NCBI GenBank assembly: GCA_965203095.1
Contig: OZ241877.1
Location: forward strand, 800,001-864,000
Origin: Bdellovibrionales bacterium
GTDB lineage: Bacteria; Bdellovibrionota; Bdellovibrionia; Bdellovibrionales; UBA1609
DNA: 64,000 nucleotides
Reading direction: 5' to 3'
In this document: piece by piece, positions 32,721 to 43,284 of the stretch
How the letters are laid out: every line of letters begins with the position of its first letter
Numbering within the stretch: the first letter of the stretch is position 1
The notes under the pieces: model-generated
What the model was told of the DNA's origin: nothing
What the model saw: the letters and a program-made list of their open reading frames with translations, nothing else
Database searches by the model: none
Made by a program: the position numbers and the translations under genes

Positions 32721-32927
32721 GCCATTCCTGTAAATGTTCAGTATTTCGCTGACAGAATCATTTTTTAACCTTTTCAACTGTTTTTGTCCAAAGGCTGTTT
32801 CATGAGGGTCCAAGGTATTTCCGTCCCGAAATGGAACAGCCTTTGGACAAAAAGCTAAGGAATAAGGTTTTTTAATAAATTTTTGTGGAAAAGATTGAGA
32901 TTCCTGGATGACTGTTTGCACGGGATT
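32721..32927 (-). mobile_element. ~207-bp composite element, copy 2 (inverted), central hairpin 32782-32852
   Basis: Reverse complement nearly identical to 17696-17903. Confidence 0.75.
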
Positions 32928-32943
32928 GATTGGCTGTTAGTTT

Positions 32944-33684
32944 TTAAACAATTAATCCTCCAGTCACTTCTAACAAGGCACCGTTAATATAGCCGGCCTC
33001 CTCAGAGCACAAAAACAAACAGGCAGAAGAGACATCCTCCACTTGGCCAATCCTACTGGTGGGGATTTTTTCTATAAGGTTTTTAATTAAATCTTCCGGC
33101 ATATCCTTTAAAATATCTGTTTGAATAAGGCCGGGGACCAAAGCATTTACAGTCCAACCTTTCCGGCCCAATTCCCTGGCCCAAACTTTTGTTAAAGCGA
33201 GCACCCCTGCTTTAGAGGCAGAATAATTGCTTTGGCCAAAAAAGCCATAAAGTGCAGAGATGCTGGAAAGATTCACAATCCTTTTAAAAGATCCAGTAGT
33301 AAAATGAGGCAACAAATACTTTGTGCTTAAAAAAACGCCATTCAAATTAGTCCCCATGACAGAGGAATATTCTTCCCAAGTCATTTTTGATAAACTTCGA
33401 TCTTTAAGAATGCCGGCATTATTGATTAAAAAATCTATGGGTGCAGGCAAACCTCTTGTAGCATGAAAGCAGGACTCTTTTTGGGAGACATCCACTTGCT
33501 GAACGGATACTGAGGGGAAGTCCTGTTTCAACCGCTTTATACACTTTGGAGACTTTTCCCAAACCAGCACTTCCGCTTTAGCAAAAAAAAAGCTCTCCAC
33601 TATTTTCCGGCCAATCCCTTGCCCCCCACCTGTGACAAGAACCCGTTTGCCGGAAAAATCAAACTGAATATTGCCCATATTCAA
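32944..33684 (-). CDS. SDR-family 3-oxoacyl-ACP/CoA reductase (FabG-like)
   Basis: TGGGQGIG, NNAGI, YSASK, PGLIQT. Confidence 0.9.
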   Translation of the reverse strand: MNMGNIQFDFSGKRVLVTGGGQGIGRKIVESFFFAKAEVLVWEKSPKCIKRLKQDFPSVSVQQVDVSQKESCFHATRGLPAPIDFLINNAGILKDRSLSKMTWEEYSSVMGTNLNGVFLSTKYLLPHFTTGSFKRIVNLSSISALYGFFGQSNYSASKAGVLALTKVWARELGRKGWTVNALVPGLIQTDILKDMPEDLIKNLIEKIPTSRIGQVEDVSSACLFLCSEEAGYINGALLEVTGGLIV

Positions 33685-33690
33685 TATCCT

Positions 33691-34875
33691 TTAGATAACA
33701 GCTCGCCCGGCCAGCTCTTTAGTAATGTTTTTTTCCAAAGCTTCGTTAGTCCCGCCACCAATTTCCAATAATTTAGCATCTCTCCAAAGCCTCTCCACAA
33801 TGTATTCGCCTACATAGCCATAACCACCCAATATTTGTATAGCTCGATCCGCTATATTTTTACCCGTCTTAGCGGATAAAAGTTTGACGCTGTCACAAGC
33901 CAAGCGATGCTTTTTTAAAGGCTCTGCTTCCACCTGACGAGCCGTCTCATAAGCATAAGTCCGGCTGGCCTGAAACTCCGCATAACTCCGGGCAATATGG
34001 CTTTGAATTTGACCAAAAGAGCGAATGCTTTTTTGAAAAGATTTTCTCTCAGAGCTATAATTATTCATAATACTTAAACATCTACTGGCAATCCCTAAAG
34101 ACATGCCAGCCAATGCCAACCTCTCCACCTCTAAGTTTTTCATCATTTGCTGAAGGCCATCTCCTTCATCCCCTACCCGATACTTAAGAGGGATCTCACA
34201 GTTGTCAAAAATCAATTCCGCAGTGGAGGAGGCCCTCATCCCTAATTTATCTTTAATTTGTTGGCCAACAGAAAAACCCTTAAAACCCTTTTCCACAACA
34301 AAAGTAGAGATTTTATCCTTAGTTTTAGCGTAAAGCAGACAAATATCACAAGGCTTTTTACCATCCGGACAGGCATTGGTGATCCACATTTTTCGCCCGT
34401 TTAAAATGTATTTATCGCCTTTTTTAACTGCATAACTTTTCATAGCTAAAACATCGGTCCCACAGTCCGGCTCCGACATAGCCATAGCTCCTATTTTTTT
34501 GCCACTGGAGAGATCCGGAAGGCACAGTTTTTTAAGATCTTCGCTGGCATTTCGGGAAATGTTGTAAGCACACAAAACACTGTGAGCTAAATAGGCCAAA
34601 CAAAAACCAGGGTCTGACCGGCTCAATTCTTCATGAACTAAAAGCATAGCTGTCAGATCCATATTGGATCCGCCCAAGCTCTCCTCTCGAACCAGCAGGC
34701 CCAACAAACCCGCAGGACCTAATTTTTGGAATAACTTAAGGTTAAATTTTTCTGCCCTATCCCCCTCTAAAGCTTGTGGTTCCAACTCTTTTTGTGCAAA
34801 AGAGGAGGACAGATCCCTTAAAGCTTTGTGTTCCGGAGTAGGCTCAAAGAGAGAAAAACTTTTCCAGTGGGACAT
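33691..34875 (-). CDS. Acyl-CoA dehydrogenase (isovaleryl-CoA dehydrogenase-like)
   Basis: AMSEP..GTD, GRKMWITN, KLGMRASSTAEL, QILGGYGY, LLEIGGGTNE. Confidence 0.9.
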   Translation of the reverse strand: MSHWKSFSLFEPTPEHKALRDLSSSFAQKELEPQALEGDRAEKFNLKLFQKLGPAGLLGLLVREESLGGSNMDLTAMLLVHEELSRSDPGFCLAYLAHSVLCAYNISRNASEDLKKLCLPDLSSGKKIGAMAMSEPDCGTDVLAMKSYAVKKGDKYILNGRKMWITNACPDGKKPCDICLLYAKTKDKISTFVVEKGFKGFSVGQQIKDKLGMRASSTAELIFDNCEIPLKYRVGDEGDGLQQMMKNLEVERLALAGMSLGIASRCLSIMNNYSSERKSFQKSIRSFGQIQSHIARSYAEFQASRTYAYETARQVEAEPLKKHRLACDSVKLLSAKTGKNIADRAIQILGGYGYVGEYIVERLWRDAKLLEIGGGTNEALEKNITKELAGRAVI

Positions 34876-34988
34876 AATATGTTCCTTTTTTAAAACCTTA
34901 CCTTTTTAAAATAACATAAACTCTATAAGCCGTCCAGCTCTCTTTTTGCTATTTGCTAAATCCCAGCCAAAGGAGGAAAACTATTTTT

Positions 34989-36032
34989 TTAAAATGCGGT
35001 CTCCTCCTCCCAATCACCTTCAAAAAATTGCTCGATAGATATTTTATTCATGGCATAACCTAAGCAATCTGAGCGAGCAATGGCCTGATTTTTTGTAAGC
35101 ATAGAGGGGATAAAAGAGGATTTGACTGTTAAACGATTTTGATTGATAGAAAAATATTGAGTTAAAATATTTCTTCCCGCTTTATCTATAAGTTTTAATT
35201 TTTTAGAGTTTTTAATTTTCCCTAAGAATTGGCCCACAGGCAGTTTTTTAAAATTTAAATCTTCCAGTTCATTTATAAAACAAAAATGGCTATTTTTTAA
35301 AACCAGAGGAGAACGAAAAGAGAGCACAGAATCCTTATCTATGCGAATAACCGCAAAAGTGTAATAAATATGAGAAATTGTGATTTTATTATTCTCCCAT
35401 TGATCATCGGGATCTAAAAGAGTCTCTATCAGTTGAACTCCTTTTATTAGGCCCTGGGGGGTCCCTGGAAGACCGCACTCAATCACCACAGCCGGACATA
35501 TATCCGCTAAAGCTATAGATAAAACAGAATCAGGCTGAGTAAAATAAACAATATTGTTGGAAAAATTTTGAGCTATTTTTAAAGCCTTCTTCCCCTTTTG
35601 ATTGATACAGGCATAAAGAGGATTTTTCCCACTGTTGTTGTGAATATCCACCCCCAATTTAACTTTTTGATCTTGTGCGTATTGCAAGACGGATCGAGCT
35701 AAAGGGTGATTAAGAGATTTATGCCATATCCGGTTAAAATCTGGTTGATGGCTTAAATGACGCTGGCCCTTGGCCCCGGCCTCCGGATTGCCAATAAAGA
35801 AAATGAGACTCCTTGGCAAAGCTCTTCCCTGATATTTTTTTAAAATTTTTTGCAGGATAATAAAACCAGAAAACTCATTGCCATGAACCAAAACAGAAAT
35901 AAAAAGAGGTTGATCTTTTTCCCCCTTCAGATGGATTAGTGTTGGGCTATCAATAATTTTTGTTATTTCATGAGCTTTAATGCTCAATAAACCATCAGGG
36001 ATTTTCTTTATAATTTTTAAATGCTTATTCAT
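34989..36032 (-). CDS. M14-like Zn peptidase (succinylglutamate desuccinylase/aspartoacylase family)
   Basis: HGNE, DFNR, DIHN and ECG motifs. Confidence 0.85.
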   Translation of the reverse strand: MNKHLKIIKKIPDGLLSIKAHEITKIIDSPTLIHLKGEKDQPLFISVLVHGNEFSGFIILQKILKKYQGRALPRSLIFFIGNPEAGAKGQRHLSHQPDFNRIWHKSLNHPLARSVLQYAQDQKVKLGVDIHNNSGKNPLYACINQKGKKALKIAQNFSNNIVYFTQPDSVLSIALADICPAVVIECGLPGTPQGLIKGVQLIETLLDPDDQWENNKITISHIYYTFAVIRIDKDSVLSFRSPLVLKNSHFCFINELEDLNFKKLPVGQFLGKIKNSKKLKLIDKAGRNILTQYFSINQNRLTVKSSFIPSMLTKNQAIARSDCLGYAMNKISIEQFFEGDWEEETAF

Positions 36033-36040
36033 CTTTTAAG

Positions 36041-37462
36041 TTATACTTTCCATTGATAAACAGGGAGGTTTTTTTGTTGATTTTCCCAATAGATCTGGAC
36101 CAACTTATCAAATTTTTTCCCAAATTTATGGATAAAGGCTTTTTGCCATTTTGCACCGGTTTGTCCGGAATGCACTCTGTTTTTTATTACATCATGGATC
36201 CAATAATCTGTTTGAGAGTTATCTAAAGATAAGTTTTTTATCTCTTCCCACACTAAAGGAATTAGTTTTTTTAAAATAAGCTGGCTAAGTTCATAAGTGT
36301 TCCCGTCCCACCAAGGGCCCTCTGCTGAAAGCCCCCACCGGGAGGCTCGATAAAAAAACTCCTCCAACTTTGAAAAAGCAATATAAGGGGTTTTGCCCTC
36401 TATGTTTTTTCTTATTAAAGAGATCAAACCGATAAAGAAAATAATGTTAGCTTGCATATCTACAAGGCTGGGGCCGGAAGAAGGAACTCTGTGCTCAATA
36501 CGAAAATGAGGAACTCCCTTTTTATCAAAGCCAACAAGAATGCGATTCCATCTCCAGATAGATCCATTGTGAAGCAGTAAATGTTCTAACCGCCCTTTTC
36601 CTCCTTTTTTTATTTCCGGAAGCAAAACAGGATGAAAAAGGTTTTGATCAAAAAGTTCTGACACGCATTGATTGACAAAACCATGACCTAAACCCACACG
36701 AGAAACCGGGGGATCGCTTGTAGATTTTAAAGAGATCACCTGCTCAAAAAGAGGGATGCGGGACTCCTCCCAAAGCTCCTTCCCGCGAATAAAAGGGGAG
36801 TTAGCACAGAGGGCACTCATTATAGGGCTGGCAATTAAAGCCGAATTGTAAAAATCTTTAGCCTGCAAATAAGCCACTTGAAGATGAATTTGTAAAGAAG
36901 TGGTTTCAGCCTCGTGCATAACACTGGAAGTTTCCAAACGGAGGCTATCTTTTCCTTGTATATGAATTTGAGCCTTGCTTTTTCTTAAAAAAAGGATGCG
37001 ATCATTTATGGCATAATATCTGTTTTGCGGAAAAATTTGATCCATCCCAAAAGCCACCTGTGTAATATCGGGATAAGTGCCAATAAACAAAACTCGCCCT
37101 TGATGAGCTTGAGTTGCTTGAGCACATTTCTTCCAATAAAATTGAAAATCCTCCTCTAAGTTTTGAGCTAAGTTGGCCTTCAGCTCAAAAGGCTTTCCGT
37201 TAATTTCAAAGTTAAATTTAGAAAGCTCTGGGGTAATGTGCGGGTCTTTAACAATCTTCAGCAGTTTCTCACTAAAAGCATACGGAAGGGCTTTTTTGTT
37301 GATAATCCAGCCTTCTGCTTCATAACCACAAACTAATGGGGAATTTGTAAAACGACCGTCAGAGATCCACTGCTGGAGCTGTTTTGTCTCTTCCTTAAGG
37401 TGGAGAGCAAACTCCTCTTCCTGTGCTTTTGTCCAATGAGATTGGCTGATTTCCTGACCCAT
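36041..37462 (-). CDS. Glutamate--cysteine ligase family 2 (GCS2)-like carboxylate-amine ligase
   Basis: GYEAE, PELSKFNFEIN, TSLQIHLQ, ANSPF, WRWNR, RIEHR. Confidence 0.85.
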   Translation of the reverse strand: MGQEISQSHWTKAQEEEFALHLKEETKQLQQWISDGRFTNSPLVCGYEAEGWIINKKALPYAFSEKLLKIVKDPHITPELSKFNFEINGKPFELKANLAQNLEEDFQFYWKKCAQATQAHQGRVLFIGTYPDITQVAFGMDQIFPQNRYYAINDRILFLRKSKAQIHIQGKDSLRLETSSVMHEAETTSLQIHLQVAYLQAKDFYNSALIASPIMSALCANSPFIRGKELWEESRIPLFEQVISLKSTSDPPVSRVGLGHGFVNQCVSELFDQNLFHPVLLPEIKKGGKGRLEHLLLHNGSIWRWNRILVGFDKKGVPHFRIEHRVPSSGPSLVDMQANIIFFIGLISLIRKNIEGKTPYIAFSKLEEFFYRASRWGLSAEGPWWDGNTYELSQLILKKLIPLVWEEIKNLSLDNSQTDYWIHDVIKNRVHSGQTGAKWQKAFIHKFGKKFDKLVQIYWENQQKNLPVYQWKV

Positions 37463-37509
37463 AAAAATAGCTCCTCTGTCTTTTAGTGTTAGGGTTTAAG
37501 CGGTAATTT

Positions 37510-38742
37510 TTATTGGACTGGCCCCACTGTAGATCCCATCACACGAGTTTTAATAGATACTGATAAACGAGACATTTTTTGACTCAACTCCAAAACATTT
37601 TCTTTTTCTAAATCCATAATCAAATAGCCAATCCACTTGTTGGTGGCTAAATATTGAGTTTTAATATTGACTCCCGATTCAGAAATCAATTTGTTGATCT
37701 GGCTTAAAACCCCCGGCTGATTTTTATGAACATTAGTCACACGAGTTGCGTTTTCAGGAACAGGGGGAGCTAAAAGCGAAGGGAAGTTGACAGAGTTTTG
37801 GACAGTCCCTGTTTGTAAAAAATCCTTCAGACTTTTAGATACTTCAAAAGCAATGGAGGCTTGGGCCTCTTCAGTGCTTCCTCCTATATGAGGGGTTAAA
37901 ACAACATGTTTCATTTTTTGCAAAGGAGAATTAAAAAGAGCAGAACTGGCACTGGGCTCTTCCGGAAAAACATCTATTGCCACCCCTGCAATTTGACGAG
38001 CCTCTAAAGCGGATTTAAGAGAGATCAGATCCACAACAGTTCCTCTGCTGGTGTTAATGAGAAAGCTGTTTTTTTTCATATACCCCAATTCTTTTTTAGA
38101 GATAAGTTTTTTAGTTTGTGGGGTTTCCGGAACATGAAGAGTCACAAAATCAGCCATCTTTAAAAGGTTTTTTAGGTGAAAACAGGGTTTAGAATTGCCA
38201 ATAGGAAGTTTGTTGACAATATCATAGTAAAGAACTCTCATCCCCAAAGCCTCTGCTAAAACACTTACCTGACTCCCAATATGCCCATAGCCTATAATGC
38301 CAAGAGTTTTCCCTCTCAACTCAAAACAACCTTCAGTAAACTTTTCCCACCGCCCCTCTCTCATATTTTGAAAATGATCAAAAAGGGATCGGGAAAGCCC
38401 AACCATTAAACCTATTACCATTTCTGCCACACTTCTGGTATTGCCAAAAGGGGCGTTAAAAACAGGAACTCCCCTTTTGCAAGCATTATCCAAGTCAATT
38501 TGATTGACCCCAATGCAAAAAGCCCCAATACAGTCTAACTGGGAATGAGACAAAACCTCTTTGTTAATAAAAGTTCGGGACCGGGTGCAAAGAACATTAA
38601 TATTTTTTAATTTTTGAATAAGCTCTTTAGTGGATGGGGCTTTCTTCAACCTTTCGATATTGAGGCCCAACTCCTGCAAGGTCTCTTCTGCCTGTTTGTG
38701 GATCTTTTCAGTTAAAAGAGCTTTAAGAGATAAAGATTTCAC
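37510..38742 (-). CDS. serA: D-3-phosphoglycerate dehydrogenase
   Basis: RSRT, FCIG.NQ, NTRSVAE, GYGHIG, TPHIGGSTEEAQ, C-terminal ACT domain. Confidence 0.93.
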   Translation of the reverse strand: MKSLSLKALLTEKIHKQAEETLQELGLNIERLKKAPSTKELIQKLKNINVLCTRSRTFINKEVLSHSQLDCIGAFCIGVNQIDLDNACKRGVPVFNAPFGNTRSVAEMVIGLMVGLSRSLFDHFQNMREGRWEKFTEGCFELRGKTLGIIGYGHIGSQVSVLAEALGMRVLYYDIVNKLPIGNSKPCFHLKNLLKMADFVTLHVPETPQTKKLISKKELGYMKKNSFLINTSRGTVVDLISLKSALEARQIAGVAIDVFPEEPSASSALFNSPLQKMKHVVLTPHIGGSTEEAQASIAFEVSKSLKDFLQTGTVQNSVNFPSLLAPPVPENATRVTNVHKNQPGVLSQINKLISESGVNIKTQYLATNKWIGYLIMDLEKENVLELSQKMSRLSVSIKTRVMGSTVGPVQ

Positions 38743-38840
38743 TTATAATTTCCTTTTAATGTGTTGATCTCAGTTGCTAAAAAGCCTGGGGAGCTTTTTA
38801 GCAAGCTTTTTCAAAACCGACTAAGTAGGACAAATAAAGT

Positions 38841-40235
38841 TCAATCAGGAAAAGAGCAAATAAAAACGCTCCCCTCCCTCAATTCACTTTGAACTTTTAT
38901 AGTTCCACCATGTTTTTCTATAAGTTGTTTTACAATAGAGAGGCCAATACCCGCTCCTTTTACTGAAGTTCGAGAAGGATCCACCCTGTAAAACCTTTCA
39001 AACAACCGGCTTTTGTGCCGGCCAGCTATCCCTTCCCCATGATCCCGCACTTCTAATTGGACATAAGTTAATTTTTTTGTCCATACAATTTCAATCAATC
39101 GGCCAGAGGGGACATATTTAATCGCATTGTCAATCAAGTTGTAAAGAATCTGTTTTAAAAAATGGCGATCAGCCTTCACTGTTTTTTGCAAAAAATCCAT
39201 CTTGATTTCGTGATTTTTGATATGTAAATCCCGAACAATAGATCGAGTGATCTCCTCAGTGCTTAAGGTTTGTTTTTTTAACTCCGCTGGAGACTCCATC
39301 TGAGAAAGCTCTAAAAAGTGGTTTAATAGGGAAACCAGCCTTTGAACATTTCTTTGGATAATGCCTAAAAACTGTTTGATTTGCTCTTTACTGTTGGTCT
39401 CTATTTCATCTAATAGAGTGCCCACATAGCCTTGAATAGTGGTTAAAGGGGTCCTCAACTCATGGGAGACATTGGTGATAAAGTCCAACTGTATCTTTTC
39501 TGTTTTACGAATGTTGGAAATATCATAAAAAAGCCCTACCGCCCCGTGAATTTTGTTGTTGGCTCTTTTTAGCGGTGCCACTGTGATTTCATAAATGAAA
39601 GTTTCCTCCTCTGTGTCAAAAAAACCAATGGATAAAGTTTTTTTAATAACATTTTTTTTTCGCAAACACTCCTCATAAGCATGAAGAATATCGGGGTTTC
39701 TTATCATTTCACTTAAAAGCAGTTCCTGTTTGTAAGGTCTTTTTTGTGATGAAAAAAGCAAGGTGGCCTGATTGTTGAAAAACAAAACTTTTTTATTTTG
39801 ATCAATAGCTAAAATAGCCCCCGTCAAGGCGGAGATCACGGCCTCTAACTCAGAGGATTCTTGAGATATGATCTTCTCCTGCCATTTTAATCTGCTGTGG
39901 ATATGATTTAAGTTGGTGTTCAGTTCATAAAACTCTCCCGGCTCTTCATCTAAATAAGAAGATGAATCTTTATCAAAGGAATCTTTACCCTTAGCAATGT
40001 CTTGAACTCTTGTAAAAATCCGGGCCAAAGAATGGAGCAGGCGAATAAACAAAAAAGCAAAAACAAAGCCACAAAAAAGAAAACACAATAAAAATATATA
40101 AACAAACTGGGAAAGATCATAAGAGCTAAAAAATATATAGTAAGAAGATAAACCAGCAATAAGAAAAAAAAAGAAAAAAATAAATAACCGGCGAAACAGC
40201 CACTTGATCAGTTTGGGAAAAGGAAATTTTATCAT
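38841..40235 (-). CDS. phoR: Phosphate regulon sensor histidine kinase
   Basis: 2 TM, PAS-like region, SHELRTPLT, NLIDNAIKY, FERFYRVD, GIGLSIVK; in pst/pho operon. Confidence 0.85.
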   Translation of the reverse strand: MIKFPFPKLIKWLFRRLFIFFFFFLIAGLSSYYIFFSSYDLSQFVYIFLLCFLFCGFVFAFLFIRLLHSLARIFTRVQDIAKGKDSFDKDSSSYLDEEPGEFYELNTNLNHIHSRLKWQEKIISQESSELEAVISALTGAILAIDQNKKVLFFNNQATLLFSSQKRPYKQELLLSEMIRNPDILHAYEECLRKKNVIKKTLSIGFFDTEEETFIYEITVAPLKRANNKIHGAVGLFYDISNIRKTEKIQLDFITNVSHELRTPLTTIQGYVGTLLDEIETNSKEQIKQFLGIIQRNVQRLVSLLNHFLELSQMESPAELKKQTLSTEEITRSIVRDLHIKNHEIKMDFLQKTVKADRHFLKQILYNLIDNAIKYVPSGRLIEIVWTKKLTYVQLEVRDHGEGIAGRHKSRLFERFYRVDPSRTSVKGAGIGLSIVKQLIEKHGGTIKVQSELREGSVFICSFPD

Positions 40236-40238
40236 AAA

Positions 40239-40952
40239 TTATTTAATAGAGACACGGTAGCCCACCCCTCGGATGGTCTCTATTTTCTCTCCGTAAGTGC
40301 CTAATTTTTTTCTCAAACTGGAAATATGAGTATCAATAGTCCGGCCCGCCACAACCACATCTTCCCCTTGAATAAAACTGGTGATTTGTTTCCGGGACAA
40401 AACTCGACCCTGATGGGCGATAAGCATCTCCAACATTCTAAATTCTGAATAAGTTAAATCTATAACTTGGCCGGACAAAACCACTTTATGAGAATCTCTG
40501 TTGATAGTCAGCTCTCCCATAGATAAAATAGGAGGGCCTTTCCCCTTTTTTTGAGATCTTTGGACAAACTCTGATCTTTCTAAAAGGTTTCTCGCTCTGG
40601 CCCGGAGGACATTAAAATCAAAAGGTTTGATCATGTAATCATCTGCCCCTGTCTCTAAACCCAAAACAATACTTTCCGGATCGGATTTGGCCGTCACCAT
40701 TAAGATAGGGGTTTCGTATTGAATATGCTCCTTTTTTTTCATCCAAGAGACCAGATCTAAGCCACTGATTTCAGGAATCATCCAATCCATGATCACAAGG
40801 TCATATTTGCTTTTTAAAAGTTTATCATAAGCGATCCGGCCATTTTCAGCTATGTCCACTTCCATGTGCTGTTTAGATAGATGAAAAGACATGAGATCGC
40901 GAATATCCTGCTCATCTTCTACAATCAAAACTTTAGTTCTTTTGATATTCAT
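40239..40952 (-). CDS. phoB: OmpR/PhoB-family response regulator
   Basis: VEDE, DWMIP, GADDY..KPF, RTIDTHI..LRKKL, IRGVGY; operon context. Confidence 0.85.
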   Translation of the reverse strand: MNIKRTKVLIVEDEQDIRDLMSFHLSKQHMEVDIAENGRIAYDKLLKSKYDLVIMDWMIPEISGLDLVSWMKKKEHIQYETPILMVTAKSDPESIVLGLETGADDYMIKPFDFNVLRARARNLLERSEFVQRSQKKGKGPPILSMGELTINRDSHKVVLSGQVIDLTYSEFRMLEMLIAHQGRVLSRKQITSFIQGEDVVVAGRTIDTHISSLRKKLGTYGEKIETIRGVGYRVSIK

Positions 40953-40978
40953 AAAATAACTTTCTTGTTTTTTAGAAA

Positions 40979-41650
40979 CTAAGGGTTTTGGTGTTTAATG
41001 TCCAGTCCTGTTTGAAGAAAAACCACTTCCTCTGCAATGTTTGTGGCTTGATCTCCTACCCTTTCTAACTTTTCCGCAATGCCCACAAGCTGAATGCAGG
41101 TGTCAATAAGCTCTGTGTTTTTTAAAATACATTTTTTTAACTCTGAGCAAATTTTGTCCTTAAGTTGATCGGCTTTTTTATCTTGAACAATGACCTCTCT
41201 GGCCAGCTTTTCATCCTCGTTGATAAAAGAATCCAAACAGTTCAAAACCATTACAGAGATATGAGTAAACATTTCCTCTAAACAACGCAAAGAAAGCTCC
41301 AATAAAGGGTCTTCTTTTAAGCTTTTGCCTCTTTTAGCAATGTTTAAAGACAGATCTCCCATTCTCTCTAAAGAAGTATTGGCGGAAATAATGGATAAAA
41401 TCATTCGCAAATCTTTAGCTACAGGAGATTGAACCGCTAAAAACCGGTAACAGTATTTACCTAATTTGATTTGAAGGCTATCAATCTCTATTTCCCTATC
41501 GCGAATGGTGTGATAAATTTGCTCTCTGTTCACATTTTTTTGAAAAATGATCATGCTGGCTTCTTTAAGCATTTGCTCCACACAGCCCCCCATACCTGCT
41601 ATAAGGGATTTCAGATGGCTCAGCCGTTCATCAAATAGTTTTACAGACAT
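40979..41650 (-). CDS. phoU: Phosphate signalling protein PhoU
   Basis: QSPVAKDLR, LERMGD, LERVGDQATNIAE. Confidence 0.93.
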   Translation of the reverse strand: MSVKLFDERLSHLKSLIAGMGGCVEQMLKEASMIIFQKNVNREQIYHTIRDREIEIDSLQIKLGKYCYRFLAVQSPVAKDLRMILSIISANTSLERMGDLSLNIAKRGKSLKEDPLLELSLRCLEEMFTHISVMVLNCLDSFINEDEKLAREVIVQDKKADQLKDKICSELKKCILKNTELIDTCIQLVGIAEKLERVGDQATNIAEEVVFLQTGLDIKHQNP

Positions 41651-42411
41651 TAAAATCTCCCCGTAATATAATCCTCTGACTTAGAACTTTTAGGCTTAGT
41701 AAAAAACCATGAGGTTTTACTGTATTCTACAAGCTCTCCGTTGAGAAGGAAAGCAATATGATCCGACACCCGTGCCGCTTGTTGCATATTATGCGTGACT
41801 ACAATTACTGTCACTTGGCTTTTTAGTTTTTGAATTAACTCCTCAATCCATGAAGTGGAAATAGGGTCCAAGGCCGAGGTCGGCTCATCCATCAGTATCA
41901 CAGAGGGATCTACAGCTAAAGCTCTGGCAATGCAAAGCCTTTGTTGCTGGCCTCCGGAAAGGCTTAAGCCCGGACGATGAAGGCGATCTTTGACTTCTTT
42001 CCATAGAGCTGAGTTTTTTAAAGAAATTTCCACTTTTTCATCCAAAAGGCTTCTTTTCCTAATACCAGAGAGTTTTAAGCCAATAGCTACATTATCATAA
42101 ATACTCATCCCTGGAAAGGGGTTTGGTTTTTGAAAAACCATGCCAATATTCCTCCGAATCAGTGTCGGATCGGTATTGGTGCTGTAAATGTTCTTCCCGT
42201 CCAAAATCACCTCCCCCTCTAAGCGGGCACCCTCTACCTCCTCATGGAGGCGGTTAAGGCAACGGATAAAGGTGGATTTGCCACAACCCGATGGGCCGAT
42301 AATAGCCACTACACTGTGTTTTTTGATAAGCAAATTGATTTTAGATAAAGCCTGTGAGGTTTTAAACCAAGCACTCAGGTTGCTTACTTGTATTAATGTT
42401 TTTTTATCCAT
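41650..42411 (-). CDS. pstB: Phosphate ABC transporter ATPase
   Basis: [39 protein letters not shown]. Confidence 0.96.
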   Translation of the reverse strand: MDKKTLIQVSNLSAWFKTSQALSKINLLIKKHSVVAIIGPSGCGKSTFIRCLNRLHEEVEGARLEGEVILDGKNIYSTNTDPTLIRRNIGMVFQKPNPFPGMSIYDNVAIGLKLSGIRKRSLLDEKVEISLKNSALWKEVKDRLHRPGLSLSGGQQQRLCIARALAVDPSVILMDEPTSALDPISTSWIEELIQKLKSQVTVIVVTHNMQQAARVSDHIAFLLNGELVEYSKTSWFFTKPKSSKSEDYITGRF

Positions 42412-42420
42412 ATCTCAACT

Positions 42421-43281
42421 CTACAAATGACTTCGATAGCGAGGGTTCATAATAAAAATCACAAACCGAGCACTCAAGTTAACTAAAAAAACAAAAGAAA
42501 TCAATACCAAAGCTCCCCCCCAAGCCATAGCTTCTAAATCGGCAAAGCCACTTTTTGAAAATTCGTAAATTTGAACGGGTAAAGAGGCTATAGGATCACT
42601 TAATTTTTTTGAAAAAAACGGATTGCCCAAAGCAGTAAACAAAAGAGGAGCTGTCTCTCCGGCAATGCGGGCTAAGGACAAGATCATCCCGCTCAACAGC
42701 ATAGTCATTGCTCCCGGGATCAGAATTTGAAGAATCACCCTCCACCGGGGCAATCCTAAAGCCAAACCCGCCTCCCGGATATGATAAGGTGTCATTTTTA
42801 AAATCTCTTCAGATGTTCGCCCGGCCATAGGAACAAAAATCAACAAAAGGGCCATTGTTCCAGCATAAGCCGAAAAACCAAAAAAAGCCACAATCAAGCT
42901 ATAAACAAAAATGCCTATGACAATAGAGGGGGCACTCAGGGACAGATCCACAACAAATCGCAAAACTTTTGACAGGGGGTGCGAGCGATACTCACTTAAA
43001 AAAATCCCTAAAGCCCCTCCCCAAGGCACCCCTAAAAGGGAAGCCATGCCCACCATTACAGCACTTCCCATAATCGCATTGGCTAAGCCCCCTCCAGATT
43101 GCCCCGGACCTTTTGGGATTTGAGTAAAAAAATCCCAGCTAAGGGCTGTCCATCCCTTTTCCAAAACAAAGTAAGCAATATAAAAAAAAGGCAGAGTGGC
43201 TAAACAGGACAAAATCAATATCAAAAAGAGCATGACTTTGCTGTAAAACTTTCTCAACACATAATAAACAGATAAAAACAT
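42421..43281 (-). CDS. pstA: Phosphate ABC transporter permease PstA
   Basis: PSIVIG, REAGLALG, ARIAGETAPLLFT. Confidence 0.93.
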   Translation of the reverse strand: MFLSVYYVLRKFYSKVMLFLILILSCLATLPFFYIAYFVLEKGWTALSWDFFTQIPKGPGQSGGGLANAIMGSAVMVGMASLLGVPWGGALGIFLSEYRSHPLSKVLRFVVDLSLSAPSIVIGIFVYSLIVAFFGFSAYAGTMALLLIFVPMAGRTSEEILKMTPYHIREAGLALGLPRWRVILQILIPGAMTMLLSGMILSLARIAGETAPLLFTALGNPFFSKKLSDPIASLPVQIYEFSKSGFADLEAMAWGGALVLISFVFLVNLSARFVIFIMNPRYRSHL

Positions 43282-43284
43282 AGC

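Noticed and set aside
32801..32832. Hammerhead-ribozyme-like ATGA-G...C-GAAA in the reverse strand of the 27-nt core
   Set aside because: The C3-U4-G5 core and a stem III/cleavage triplet are missing, and copies at 28825 and 45529 alter these bases
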